Below, piece after piece: positions 26,501 to 37,699 of a stretch of DNA of 63,871 bases. The position numbers were made by a program, and so were the translations under genes. The notes below the pieces were generated by a model. It searched no databases. It saw only the letters and a program-made list of their open reading frames with translations, and was not told the origin of the DNA. Source of the stretch: Mesotaenium endlicherianum (lineage: Eukaryota); contig WELA01003365.1 of NCBI GenBank assembly GCA_009602735.1, positions 377,491 to 441,361 of the forward strand, given 5' to 3'. Every line of letters starts with the position of its first letter. The stretch's first letter is position 1.

Positions 26501-27244
26501 TGAAAGGGGCAAAGTGCCCTAGTGGAAGCGTAGTGACTCACGAGGAACAAAGCTAATTGCAATCATACTCAAGAGTGCAGCGGCATACTGCTAAGAAAGC
26601 TTAGGAAAATTACTTGACATTTTGAGTGGCAAGAAACTGCTCACAAATGATGTAGGATGAAAGGCCTTGTCATTACAAACCCGTAGAAATTTACAGAAGT
26701 GAAAACTGATAAGAAACAAAGAAGTTATGCCTATTTATAATTTTCTGCCTAAGTGCTCCCCTCTAGGAGGAAGCTACGGATTTTCCGAAGTGTTCGTCAA
26801 ATCGTCCCTTCCAGAATATTCGTGAGTAAGCCAGATCAGTCTAATCTGACGTGTCGGGCCGAATTGACGTCCACATACATGCATCGACATTACTAGAATA
26901 TTCTATCTTAGACGCGCTAGGCTAAACCGAAACTTCTAGGTAAATCGACCTAGTCGGCACTCCGCGTCAGCCGAACTTACGTGAAGGTTCGAGTTCATTC
27001 TAACGGGCCAGATCGCTCGACGCTGTCGGTCAATCCGACGGTCGCGCTCACCGCGAATTAAGGACAGTCGTCAACCGACCTCAAAACTAATTAAACTTCG
27101 GAAATCCATAACTCTCTCAATACTTGACCAAATTCGATGAATTTTATATCAAAATGACCACAAAAATGCACTCTACACTACTATACAATCAAAACATACT
27201 TTCATGAAACTCAAAAATGCACTTTATAAATCTATGACCTTACA
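26501..27244 (-). repeat. 5' LTR of element B
   Basis: Near-identical to 21034-21777. Confidence 0.95.
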
Positions 27245-28880
27245 CTGAAGCCAGGCACGAAGCGGTGGTAGTAGTTGGCGATCCCAAGGTAGGCCCTTAG
27301 CTGCGAGATGTCAGTGGGCGGCGGGATGCCTGTGATGGCCGAGATCTTGGCCAGCTGCGGTGCCAAGCCACTAGAGGAGAGGAGATGCCCGAGGTACTCC
27401 ATCTCTCGGGTCCCAAAGGTGCACTGCCCTTGATGGCACTTGAGCCCAACGTCCTCCAAGCGGTCCAGGACGGCAGTGATGTGCGCCACGTGCTCCTTGA
27501 ACGTCACATTGAAGACGAGCACGTCATCAATGTAGTACCGGGCAAAAGATAGCCTTGCCAGCTCCTTATCCATGACCCGCTAGAAGGTAGCTAGAGCGTT
27601 CTTCAACCTAAAGAGCATCACCCTCCATGTAATGAATCAGTATATTGCTTGACATAATATTCATTTAAATAATATAGTTAAATAAGTTCAGCCTGCTAAA
27701 CTCTAGTTATATTTAATATCAATTTAACGACTCAGCCGGAAGCAGCATGCTGATGTGAGCTTAAGTCAGCTTGCTGACACATTCTTTGACAGCCAGCTAA
27801 CTTCCGTACTCGGTAGCAGCGAACTGCTTCGAAATGCATCTAAGTGTGGTTTGCTAGATGAATGGCCAGATGACATCCCTATGATGGATGGCGATTCGGG
27901 ATGATGGGAGATGGCGGTGGATTTAGTTAACCGAGGTCCTACCAACGTGGTTAACTCCCGGGTAGGCGGTGCCATCGCACTGGCCGTTGAACAGTAAACT
28001 CATTCCATGTACGTATGCTAGGCATTGCTCTCGAGTTTGGCATTCGGAAACGAGGCCAACTCTCTTGTACAGCTTACTGAGAGAGATCTAAATCCAAGGC
28101 GAGAAGCCATTGATACGCACTGTCTTCTAACCTTGCTTATGTATGAGTTTATTGATTTGCATTATTGATGCTAGTTTACTCGCATTTGACTTACGAGTAT
28201 TATTCACTGCTAGTGTGTTGTCCTTTGCCGTTTAACCAGTTGACGGAAAATACCATACAGATTACTTGCTGATATAAAGATCTTTATCAATTGTTAATCG
28301 CCTATTTGGTAAGTCGATTCATTTCACTCCACTTGTAAAGGCGTTGTGCCCCCAGAACGCTGTCTTGTGCTGGTCCTCCGCCGCAATAGGTATCTGCTTG
28401 AAACCCTGCCTCAAGTCCAGCACCAAGAATTATGTGCACGTGCCAATGTCATCGAAGATCTTGTCAGGGTAGGCATGGGATATTTGTCCTGCTCAGTGAC
28501 CTCATTCAGCTTACGATAGTCACCGCACATCCTCTTCTCAAACCAATTGCCTGAGGCATCCTTCTTTGCCAGCATGACCGTGGGGGCCGCGTAGGTAGAG
28601 GACGACTTCCAAATAAGCTGGTTGTCCTCTAGCTTGCCTGTCTGCGTGCTAATCAAGCCGTCCTCGAAGTGACTGTTGCGGTATCGCTTCTGGAAGATGG
28701 ATACGTCTGACGTGAGGCAGAGCCTCATGGGGTCGCCAGTGTAGCGCCCCAAGTCATGCATACTACTGGCAAAGCACGCACTGCGCCGAGCATCGAGCAT
28801 CTCAGTCAGCTGCGCTGCCTGCTCCGTGGTAAGGGTCCCCCCCAACTTCCATGTAGGGGCTGCTGGAGATGGTACTTGCC
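27245..28880 (-). pseudogene. Element A reverse transcriptase, split by solo LTR C1
   Basis: KRMCGDYRKLNEVTEQDKYPMP...KTAFWG..YKW|RVMLFRLKNALATF*RVMDKEL...YYIDDVLVF...YLGH...LRAYLGIANYY. Confidence 0.9.
27628..28326. mobile_element. Solo LTR, family C (699 bp)
   Basis: TGTAATGAATC...GATTCATTTCA inverted termini; TSD CTCCA (27623-27627 and 28327-28331); removing it restores the RT sequence. Confidence 0.93.
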
Positions 28881-28964
28881 CTACACCTGTCGCCTCGTGG
28901 GATGTTGCGGCCCTGTGCCCTCCTGTTGGTATTGCCTGTCCGCTGGCAGAGAGCGGCTGGCCTG

Positions 28965-29060
28965 CCTCTGCTCTTGCTGGCATCTGCTGACTCCTGCTGG
29001 CTCCTGCTGGCACGGGCTAGTTCCTGCTGGCTCCTGCTTGCACCTGCCCTGCTGCTGCAA
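28965..29060. repeat. 10-bp minisatellite (CTCCTGCTGG-like) in the DNMT-RT linker of A
   Basis: Repeated ctcctgctgg / ttcctgctgg / ctcttgctgg units. Confidence 0.7.
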
Positions 29061-29321
29061 GCTGTCCCGTCGGAGCCGCCTGCCGGCGTGCCGGAGGGTC
29101 CAGAAAGGAGGAGCGATGCGGCTTCCTGGCCTGTTGTGTCCCCTCCCTGGACCGTCCCCCCCCTAGTGGGCCTGAGTCGGCGTCGGATGTAGGTGGCGTT
29201 GGTAAGGGTGGCGAGGAGGAGCCTGCGGGGCAAGCCCTGCCCTTTGGGAGCGCCAGCGGGTACTGGGTGGAGGGCGAGGGCTGTCGTCCTTGGAAGAGCT
29301 ATCATCGGGTGCGTCCATGCG

Positions 29322-30320
29322 TTAAGGGAGCTCGGGATGGCCGGCCTCCCGATAAAGGGGAGTCAAGGCTTGCGTCTGCAAAAGAAGCCAAGTCAAGACA
29401 TTGGCATCAATGGCCTGCCCCAAGAGCCGAACGCGGTTGACCTTGGTGATGCCATCCACCTGGGTCAGATGGGCCGGAAAGCCCAAGGCGCGCTCCATCT
29501 CCACGGCGCGCGGCCGTCTGTACAGGCCAAAAGAAAGGTCGATGATCATGCCGCGAGCTGCACCAATGTAGGCGGCGCTGTTGTAGCGTCTGACGAAAGT
29601 AGGCAGAGCGTGCGTGACATTGCCGAGCACCTCACACTGGGCCTGCAACAAATGGGGCAAGGCTGTAACGCGCTGGGCCAGCCGGGCGACGTCGAGGATG
29701 AAGTCGACGTTGCGCGTGTGGCGGGGGTGCGCGGCTGCAAGGGCCTCCAGCGTGCCTGGCAGGGCTAGGTTGGTGAAGTAGGCGCGCACGCGGTGGGCAA
29801 AGGACCCAATCTGCGCGGCGTCGATGACGGCCTCGCTTCCGAGGTAGCTGCTGCAGAGCTCAAAGTCGGCGCAAACATTGGCTCGTTCGTCGCCGCACAC
29901 CGCTACATTTTCCAAGACCCACGCGAGGGAGTGAGGTGGTTGTCGCGTCTCCACCAGGTTGAGGACGCGGAGGAGGTGCCAGAAGAGCGCTGTGCGAGGG
30001 TCGCTGAGGGCACCGCTGCGACCTGCGATGGAATACCCGTGGCATGCCCAACCAGCAATGACGAGGTCCACTGGGCCGAGGCGCGTCACGTGCTCGTTGG
30101 TGATGTTGCGGATGTCCATGGGCCAGTTAGTCTGCGCGTGGCGGAAGGCGCGTGCAGGAAAGATGTCGGAAAAGCGCTTGTGACAGAGCGCCATCTGACG
30201 TCGAGCAACCTGCTGTGCCTCTAGGTCAGGGTCGACGTAGACGTAACGTCAAACGGGAATGCCAGCCTGCAGGGTCGCGATGCCGACGAACATCTCCACC
30301 AGAACGATGCCACCAGGTCG
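29322..30320 (-). pseudogene. C5-cytosine DNA methyltransferase domain encoded inside element A pol
   Basis: Motifs in canonical order: I VLVEMFVGIA; II YVYVD; III DIRNI; IV DLVIAGWACHGYS; VI WVLENV; VIII AHRVRAYFTNL; IX EMERALGFP; X RLLGQAID. In-frame TGA at 30249-30251. Confidence 0.92.
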
Positions 30321-32299
30321 CTCATCCAGCTGGTTTGTGTAGATCGGCGTCGGCAGGGGCCGAAGGCCCATGGCAGGATGGCCTGGCTCCGCGGTGGGCG
30401 GGTACGTACGGGCGATGCTGAACTGGTGTGGGGCCATGTCGGGTGCAGCGACGGCTCGGTCGGCGTTGTCACGCGTAAGATGTGAAAAAGGCCCAGCCAG
30501 CGGCTGGGGCTGGGTGACGCGCGCATGGGCCTGATATTGACGCCGCCTGTCTTGAGCGTCCTGCAAGATGTGCGAGGGAATAGGTGCCGAGCATGACTGG
30601 GCTGTGCGCACGTAGGTGAGCTGCCACAAGCGCCTGGCCTCGCGATCCTGTGCGTGAGAAGTGGTCCTGCACGTACGCCAGCTGGTCCAAAATCGGGCAC
30701 TGAGGCAGGTACGGATGCGGATCGTAGTACGCCTGCTGGCGTCGGTGGAACGGGAGGTCCGCCAAGTTGGCGCTGTCGGCTGGCTTTGTGCGGTAGGCAA
30801 ACTGTCGGACGCGCAGAGGCTGGCAGGGCGCCAGCTGCATCCGGGCACGTAGCGGAGGGTGGAGCGGCTGCTGATCGTCTGGACGCTGGTGGCAGCGCGC
30901 GAGGTCAGCAACGGCTGCAGAACGGCGACCGGGTCGGGAGTCGCATGCGCGGGTGCTGGTGCGGGCCACTTTGGAGGGAGGTGGACCGCCAGGCCTGTCA
31001 TCGGCAAAGGGGTTGCAAGGAGCGGGCGGGCGCTGGTCGTACAGCGCGTGGAAGGCAAACGTGGTGGACTGCGGACCGCCCTCCCGGTCGTTTGCCTCGT
31101 GGTAGGACGGGGTGGCTGCCCAATTGCGGCTGTTGCGATAAGGCGGCGTGAGGGAACGGCCACGTTTGGGTGGCGGCGTGAGGCTGCGCTCGCTGCGCAG
31201 GCTGCGCCTGAGCTGCGGCGGGGTGACAGCACGTCGCCGGCCACACACCCTGCGGCCTAACTTTGGTTGTAGGACCAAGCGTACAAGGACGGCTGTCATC
31301 ACAGTGCCCGCGACGTTGGCCACTGCGCGGGCTGCCTGAGGACCAGTGCTAAAGGTGGCGGAGGTGGCTGCGGAGAATGCGTAGGCTCAAGACCAATTGT
31401 TGCTGGTGCCTCCGCCATACAGGTGATGCGAGAGGTTGCGACAACTGGCGTCTGTGGAGCAATCATGCTCGGTACTGCATCGGGGCCCTACGGCACAGCG
31501 GTAGGCTGCGTTGGACCTGGCGGACGCTGGGCGGCTGAACCCAAGCAATCCGGCCGAGGGAGTGCGGCCAAACCCTGGAGGTCCAGCAGGCCTGTCAAAG
31601 CCTATTGGCCCTATCAGCGTGCTGAACCCTGGGGGTCCCGTGGGCCTACGACGAATGCGAGCAACGAGAGTGACAGGCCGCGCCTGCGACTCAGTCGGCT
31701 CGTAGGGCTCCTGTGGCGCACGCCCGTACGACTCGTCGTCTGTCAGTTGGTCATAGGCTGCCTGACGTATGGCCTCCTCCTCTGAAGTGGTCGTGCGGCG
31801 GTCGGAGTCGTCGGTGTGCATTGGTGACGAAGGTGACTGCGACGCCATCAGGAATCGCATGGCCACTCCAACTCGTACCTCTTGCCGCAGGGGGACGTCG
31901 GATTGGGCGTCTGGCGAGCGAGCCCTCTTGCGCAGAGGCTGCACAGGAGCAGGCGGCAGGCTCGTGCCCGCGGCAGCGGCAAGGACCTTGTGGGCCCTAG
32001 CAGCTGTGGCCAATGCGATGGCGGCAACATTGGCGGCTGCGGTCGCTGCTGCTGTAATCTGGCGCATCGCGGCATGCTGTGCTGCGTAAATGTGCACGGA
32101 CTCCCGCGCCTGCGTCGTCAGTAGCTCTTCCTGCTGCTGTGGGGTAAGGTGGAGCTCTGCAGTGGGTAGCTTTGGCTCCTTATCCTGGGGCTGGAGCAGG
32201 TTGGCCCCGACAAAAACGTCGTCCTCCTCTGGGCCGCCCTTGCGAGTCTGACGCCAAACGGGTCCTCATCGTCGCCGAGCGCCGTAGAGGCTGAGGTGG

Positions 32300-32760
32300 G
32301 ACGCCGATCCAGAATGTCCAGCGGCAACGAGGCCGTGCGCGTGCATCCTGTGCGCCAGTCGGGCCGATAGTGTGCCCGCTCCGTCCAGTTACCCACCGCT
32401 GCTCCAATGGGGAAGAGCACGTCCTGCCCCAAGAGGACGTCGAAGGTGTCAGAGCGCGTCACCAACGCGTGACGATGAAATGTTGTCTTGTCCTCGATCT
32501 TGGGCCGAAAGGTGAAGACGAGCGCCAGCCGAGTGCGCCCCCTCACGAACTTGGATGTGCCTGATCCGCATGGACGAATCCTCCAGGTCAGCTGAGGAGA
32601 GGCCCAGCTGTCGGAGATAGTTGTGACTGATCAAAAATGGCTGTGTGCCGGTGTCAAACATGATGTGCTGTGGGGCCTGCTTGTTGACCAGCACGATCCC
32701 TTGCGCGTTGTCCAGAAACGTCTCGTTAGGGCTGCTGATCAGCCTGCGCTTGTGCGGGGG
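32300..32760 (-). pseudogene. Element A aspartic protease
   Basis: IMFDTGTQPFLIS (DTG) and downstream FDVLLGQDVL after a frameshift. Confidence 0.8.
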
Positions 32761-33873
32761 TCGAGCGGGGGCTGAGAGCGTCGCAGTGGAAGCCCCTGCT
32801 GCCGGCTTGTCTGTGTCGGTGCGGGCCCCCGAGGCGCGGGAACGAAGCATCAGCTAGGCGGCCTGCCGGGTTGCCTCCAACGTCACGCCAAGCTCGGCAA
32901 ATGACTTTGCCGGCATGCGGTGCAGTGCCAACGTTAGCACCTCGGCGCTCAGCTGTACCGTCATCACTAGCAACGCGAGTGCGTGCGATGCTGGCGTGAC
33001 TGGCGCTGCTGGCGGGTCCAAGACGCAAAAGGAGCGGGGTAGGCGCGGGGCTTCCTCCATACGCTGTCCCTGGTCGGGTCCGTCGCGCTTGGGCGCGCCT
33101 GATGCTCGACCCGCAGTTGCCACAAGCGGACGTTCGCGAGTAGCCTCGTGAGCTGCCGGGCCGCTGCCAAGTGGCCGTGTCCGTTCGCACCAAAAAAGAG
33201 CTGCGGCTGTTGTTCCTGGCACCTGGCGCTGCTGCAAGTGGGGGCACCGATGCGTGCTTTGCCAGGGGCGCTGGCATCCTGGCGAGGGTGAGCGCCGGTG
33301 CGAGTCCCGTCGCCGGCGTCGGGATGGCAGCAGGGACCTGCAAGACCCCTGCTAGATAGCCAGGTGGCGCGCCAGGGTCGCCCCTGAGGTGCACCAGGCG
33401 GGCTGTCGATCCGCCGGCGCCCTCTCCTGCGTAGGGCCCGTGCAATGCTTGGGCGTCCCGCTTCCGCGCGAGAAGGTCCTGCGCAGCCTCGGCAACGCAG
33501 CTTGGGGGCTGCCGGGATTTTGCGCGCAGCCAGGATTCAAGCCCTGGCTGAGCGATGCCGTGCGCAAGCCGTCGGGCGGCTTCCTGATGATCGGGTCGTG
33601 CGGCGGTGTCGTAGACGTCCCCACCTGGTGGATAGTGCCGACACCCTCGGCCGTCTGCAATCAAGCCCGATCGAGCCACCTGCGCACGCCAAGTGGCGGC
33701 GCCTGAGAGCAGCTGTCAACTGAAGCTGCGAAGGCTGGCGTGCCAGGAGCGAGGAGGCCAGGTCGCCGAAAGGGACCTTGCGACGCCGTCCTTGGCAACT
33801 GACCAGCGGCAACGCGGATGGTGATGGGGCGTGACGCCTCGGATGCCGTGTGCATGCGAAGTTGCGCCAGCTG

Positions 33874-35594
33874 CTAAATCCTGCTACTGGCAGCTAGTAG
33901 CAGGCGGCTGTGCTCCTGTCGCTCCCTTGTGCGCAGATCTGTGCACGCGTGCACGGTGCGCGTGCCAAGACTCGTCGCGACCTGCGCCGCCGTCTGGCAG
34001 GCTAGCAGGGGGCTGCCACTTGCCGCCAGGCCGGCCATTGCCGGTCCTGCCGCCGATAGCAAGGCCGTGCAGGCCAGAGTCGTCACCTGCGTCGGTGCTG
34101 GCTGCGCTGGCGTTGGGGACGCCTCGTCGCCGAGACGGATTGCTATGTCGGCCAACTGGGCTGCGCCTGATGGGTGCTGGCCAGCTGTCAGCCGGTTGAA
34201 GCGTGTCCGTTGGCCATTGGCAAAAACCCTAGCTGGGAGCATGCTGCTGACAGGAGCGTACAGAGCTCCGCACGCATCATAGCCGGTGCTGGCGTCGCGA
34301 GCGTGTAGGCGGGCAATCTCGGCCTCGGCCGCTAACAGTGCGTCGTTAAGGGCGTCGTAACTGTAGTGATCCTCGCCGGGCGTCATCACGGCGCTGGTCG
34401 TGGCCGTGGCCGCCGTCATCGCGAGTCGTCCGCCAGTGTGCGGATTACGCATGTCCTGCTGGCCTGCTGCACCGGAGGGTCTGATCCAAGCGCGCCCGTT
34501 TTCGAGGTCGCGCTTCTTTTGCAGGTAGACGATTTGCAAGTGGCCGGCTTTGCCGCAGTATGTGCAGTTGCCGGGCTTGCCGTTTTGCGCGAGCGTGCAG
34601 TCACGGCAAGAGTGGCCCATCTTCCCGCAAGACCAACAGGGGTTGCTCGTCGTGGAGGCCATCGAGATACGGCCGCGCGACGCTCCGCGCTACTGAGTCT
34701 GTTGGGGCAGCTGCGCGCGCTGAGCTGCTGGGGCTGGCGTGCAGGGGCTGGTCGCATTGTGGAAGATGGCAGCACCGTGGCCTCCTGCCGTATGCTTGTA
34801 GATGCGAGGCCCATACGGTTGCTGATGTTGCTCCGTGTGGCTACCAGTATCTGCTTCTCAACTGAGAGGTAAGTGTCCTCCAGTGAGTATCCGGAACCCT
34901 TGCGGTCGATGAGGGGGGCGATAGCTCTCTCCCTTAGACGCGGCTCCACGGCACGCAAGAAGATCTCTGCTGCCTCTCAATCAGTAACCGTGCCCACGTC
35001 TCTTCGTAGGTGGGTCAGACGTCGGTACATCATGCGGATCATCTCATTTTTGCGGCGGAAGAAGTGGTGCAGCTCATACACCTTCTCCTCCATGGCGGCC
35101 TGGAACTCCTGTCTGAGGACGTCCCAGAAGGCCTGCACTGGGTCAGCTTGTGGGGTCTGAATGTCCCCCACCAGCTCCGTGCGCGTGAGGATCTCGGCTG
35201 CCTTCTCTTGATAGGTGTCGCGAGCCTCGTAGAGAAGGTAACGCATGAGCGTGCCAAACACCTGGCGCTTAGTGAGCGCGGGCGTCTTGAGCTTAGCGTT
35301 CTTGAAGTCAGCCTCGAACTCGGAGATAGTGTCGTCCAGATCACAGGTGCCCGGCCTGCCGCTGAAGCGGAAGAGGGAGGCCCTGTCTACCTTCGTATCC
35401 TGGTCACCTGCCATGGAGGACGAGGGATCGTAGTGAGTCCACTGAAGAGGTGGCTCATGGACGGCAGTAGGCTGAGGGGGCACCGGGTGCTCCTTCTCAG
35501 GGGGATCAGTGTTAATATTGAGATCTGAGTCTGAGTCCTCGCCATTAACCCCTTCGTAGTAAAGCTAATGAGATAGCCCACTACGGGTAGGCAT
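33874..35594 (-). pseudogene. Element A gag with two CCHC knuckles
   Basis: Starts MPTRSG at 35594; capsid-like FRFSG..., FFRRKNE; knuckles CWSCGKMGHSCRDC and CTYCGKAGHLQIVY; internal stops at 35565 and 34977. Confidence 0.82.
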
Positions 35595-35630
35595 ACGCTG
35601 AAGACTCTAATTGCGAGCAGGCAAAGAGAT

Positions 35631-35644
35631 ATCTTTTTAAAAGT
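35631..35644 (-). promoter_or_regulatory. Non-tRNA primer-binding site of A, complementary to the predicted transcript 5' end
   Basis: - strand ACTTTTAAAAAGAT pairs with ATCTTTTTAGAAGT (35949-35936): 13 Watson-Crick pairs plus one G:U. Confidence 0.65.
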
Positions 35645-36579
35645 AAGGGAGTGTTTACTCTCCAGAGTGAGCACCTCAAGATTGTAATCTGGTAGGAGAA
35701 CAACTAATGAATTCTGGCTAAAAAGATCACTGGAAGCACATCATGATCTTCAAGAGTAGTCCTACGGCAGGGTTTAAGCTGTGACTTTGCTCACCACTTG
35801 TGAAGTTCCTCAAGTGACAGGAAGCCTGGAGGGCTTGCTCTTCACAAGAGAGAGACTAAGTGGTCTTGAAAACACAAGAGATAAAAGTGTAAGCTATGCT
35901 GACAATCTCTGTGACTTACAACTGGCATAATGGGGACTTCTAAAAAGATGTCCTTCTAAGGGCATCTACTGCTATATACTCCCTGCAGAATCGGCGCGGA
36001 AGGCGGCGGATACAATGCACACAGTCCCACCAGGATGCTTTCGTAGGTCCACGAAAGTAGAGGCAAAGCAAGTACTAGCTCTCCTATTGGCTAAGCACAA
36101 CACACACCAATCAAATATAGTGCAAGCAAGTGGATGCATGGCTCTCGTTGGCGGAGCTTACCTCGAGTAATGCTTTCTAGATAATGCCTCAAAAGTAGAT
36201 GGGAAACGTGAGGAAGCTTCCTCTAAGAATGAGTGATGCAGTCACCGAGTTATGGCTCAGGTGGTGCTCATATACTATGCTAATACATGCTAAGTGTACT
36301 TTATCAAGCTCGCGGATTTGTATGCTAATGGCTAGAGGTCTTTGGAGTCGCGAAGAGCCAACAATGTCACCTTTGGGCACATTGAGTCATAAAGTGGCCT
36401 TTGGCGGGATTCGCTCGGGGCCGGTAGGTGGCGCAAAGTAGATCGCGGATATCTCGCTCGATACTTGTCCAAATGGCGTGCAACCGATGTCGTTCGGAAA
36501 GTGACGCGACGCTCTACATTTGGGCGACTAGGAATGCTAGTAAAGGTCAACATATGAATGCGTGCAGCAAGGTCAAAGT
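35644..36579 (-). repeat. 5' LTR of element A (outer end not resolved)
   Basis: Matches the 3' LTR blocks; contains - strand TATATA at 35978-35973 and a CA initiator at 35950/35949. Confidence 0.8.
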
Positions 36580-36699
36580 CGACCTTCTTAGGTCGATGGT
36601 CGACGCACGTATGTTTTGGCAGGGTTGACGGTCTCGACCTAATGAGTCATGACAACAGTAACTCATTCTATTTACGTATGCTAGGTATGCTATCGACCA

Positions 36700-37697
36700 G
36701 AGATGTCAATTTAATGTCTCTCTAGCATTGCTAGTGTTGAAGGATGTAGTAATTTGACATATAATATATTAGTTTGGATATAATGCTTTTGAATATATTT
36801 GGAGTAGTATTGTGTGGAGTCGAGTGTGAATAGATACTCTAGTGACTTGGTTCATGTCCTTTGAACCTTTTAAGGCATTTTCAAAGTTAGAGGAAGGACC
36901 TAGAAGGACTCCATGTGGCAAAAGTCAAATGTGCCATTTTTAGGTCAAAAGGAAATGTGTAAATTATTCTAGAAAGAGGTGGCAAGTTTTGGGCTGTGTT
37001 GGGTGCCAACACATCAACATGCACCTTACTAGAAATTGCTTATGTAGCAGGTATATAAACAAGAGTTAGAACACTGAAAGACATTCCAGAATCACTCTTG
37101 TACGTGCCAAAGTCCAGAAATATAATAACTTTCAGGAAGTCATCTCTCTTTCAAGAAGTTACCACTTGTGTTCAGAGATGCTTGTCTTGAAGAGATATAG
37201 TATTACATTTTACTAAGTACTTTACCTATCTGTTTCACTACAGAGGAATTCTCCCACCTTTTTTGATGATGACTTGATTTATTGGCATGTGTTACAACTC
37301 TTTCAATAATTTCTGACTTGCTTAGACATGCCTGGCTAGCAATAAGTTCTTGCTAGCACAGCTGTGGTCTGTAATGATATAAAGCGTTTAATCAAGAGGG
37401 TTGTTGTGTGCTTCCCGTAAAAGCAAGAGACCAAATTGCAAGTCATTAAGAACACATCTCTAGCCAGTGTCTTGCCTGAGCCAATGATTGCCATCTTGCT
37501 TCTTGTATGGGTCCAAAGCTGCTTCTCTAGCTGTTCTTGTAATAAGGGACTGCTTCATAGGTGACAGACATTGCGCCTCCAAATCATTGTTGAAGGTTGT
37601 CATGATCGAGTTTACTTACAACCTTGCAAGGAAGTTGGAAGAATTTGTCTTGTCGTGCTAGTAGTGTATCTTGATGTATTGTTGCAGGTATTCCATA
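36700..37697 (-). pseudogene. Fossil Gypsy RH-end/integrase Zn-finger fragment (related to B), split by a solo LTR
   Basis: MEYLQQY.IKIHY*HDKTN, KKQDG..W, LLLREAHN, TAVLARTYC*PGMSKQV, SCNTCQ*IK...KKVGEF|LQ align to B WMEFLQQF...LLLAEHHD...YYWRNM...SCDTCQRNK...KKGGTLQP. Confidence 0.8.
36745..37242. mobile_element. Solo LTR, family E (498 bp)
   Basis: TGTAGT...ACTACA termini; near-perfect TSD AAGGA/GAGGA; internal TATATAA near 37052; removing it rejoins the fossil integrase. Confidence 0.8.
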
Positions 37698-37699
37698 GA

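Larger units (their letters stand above)
21034..27244 (-). mobile_element. Ty3/Gypsy chromovirus B, full length, nested in the RT/RH connection of element A
   Basis: 744-bp TG..CA LTRs; 5-bp TSD CTGAA (21029-21033 and 27245-27249); tRNA-iMet PBS; PPT at about 21778-21792; gag-PR-RT-RH-INT-chromodomain. Confidence 0.96.
18289..36579 (-). mobile_element. Ty3/Gypsy LTR retrotransposon A (decayed): gag-PR-DNA methyltransferase-RT-RH-INT-PHD, interrupted by two nested insertions
   Basis: Direct terminal repeats 18289-18745 and 35644-36579; purine tract 18821-18830; domains in Gypsy order on the - strand; many stops and frameshifts. Confidence 0.9.

Noticed and set aside
28750..35530. Many + strand ORFs over element A, and - strand ORFs over the SAM gene
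   Set aside because: Antisense shadows of GC-rich coding sequence with no domain signatures.
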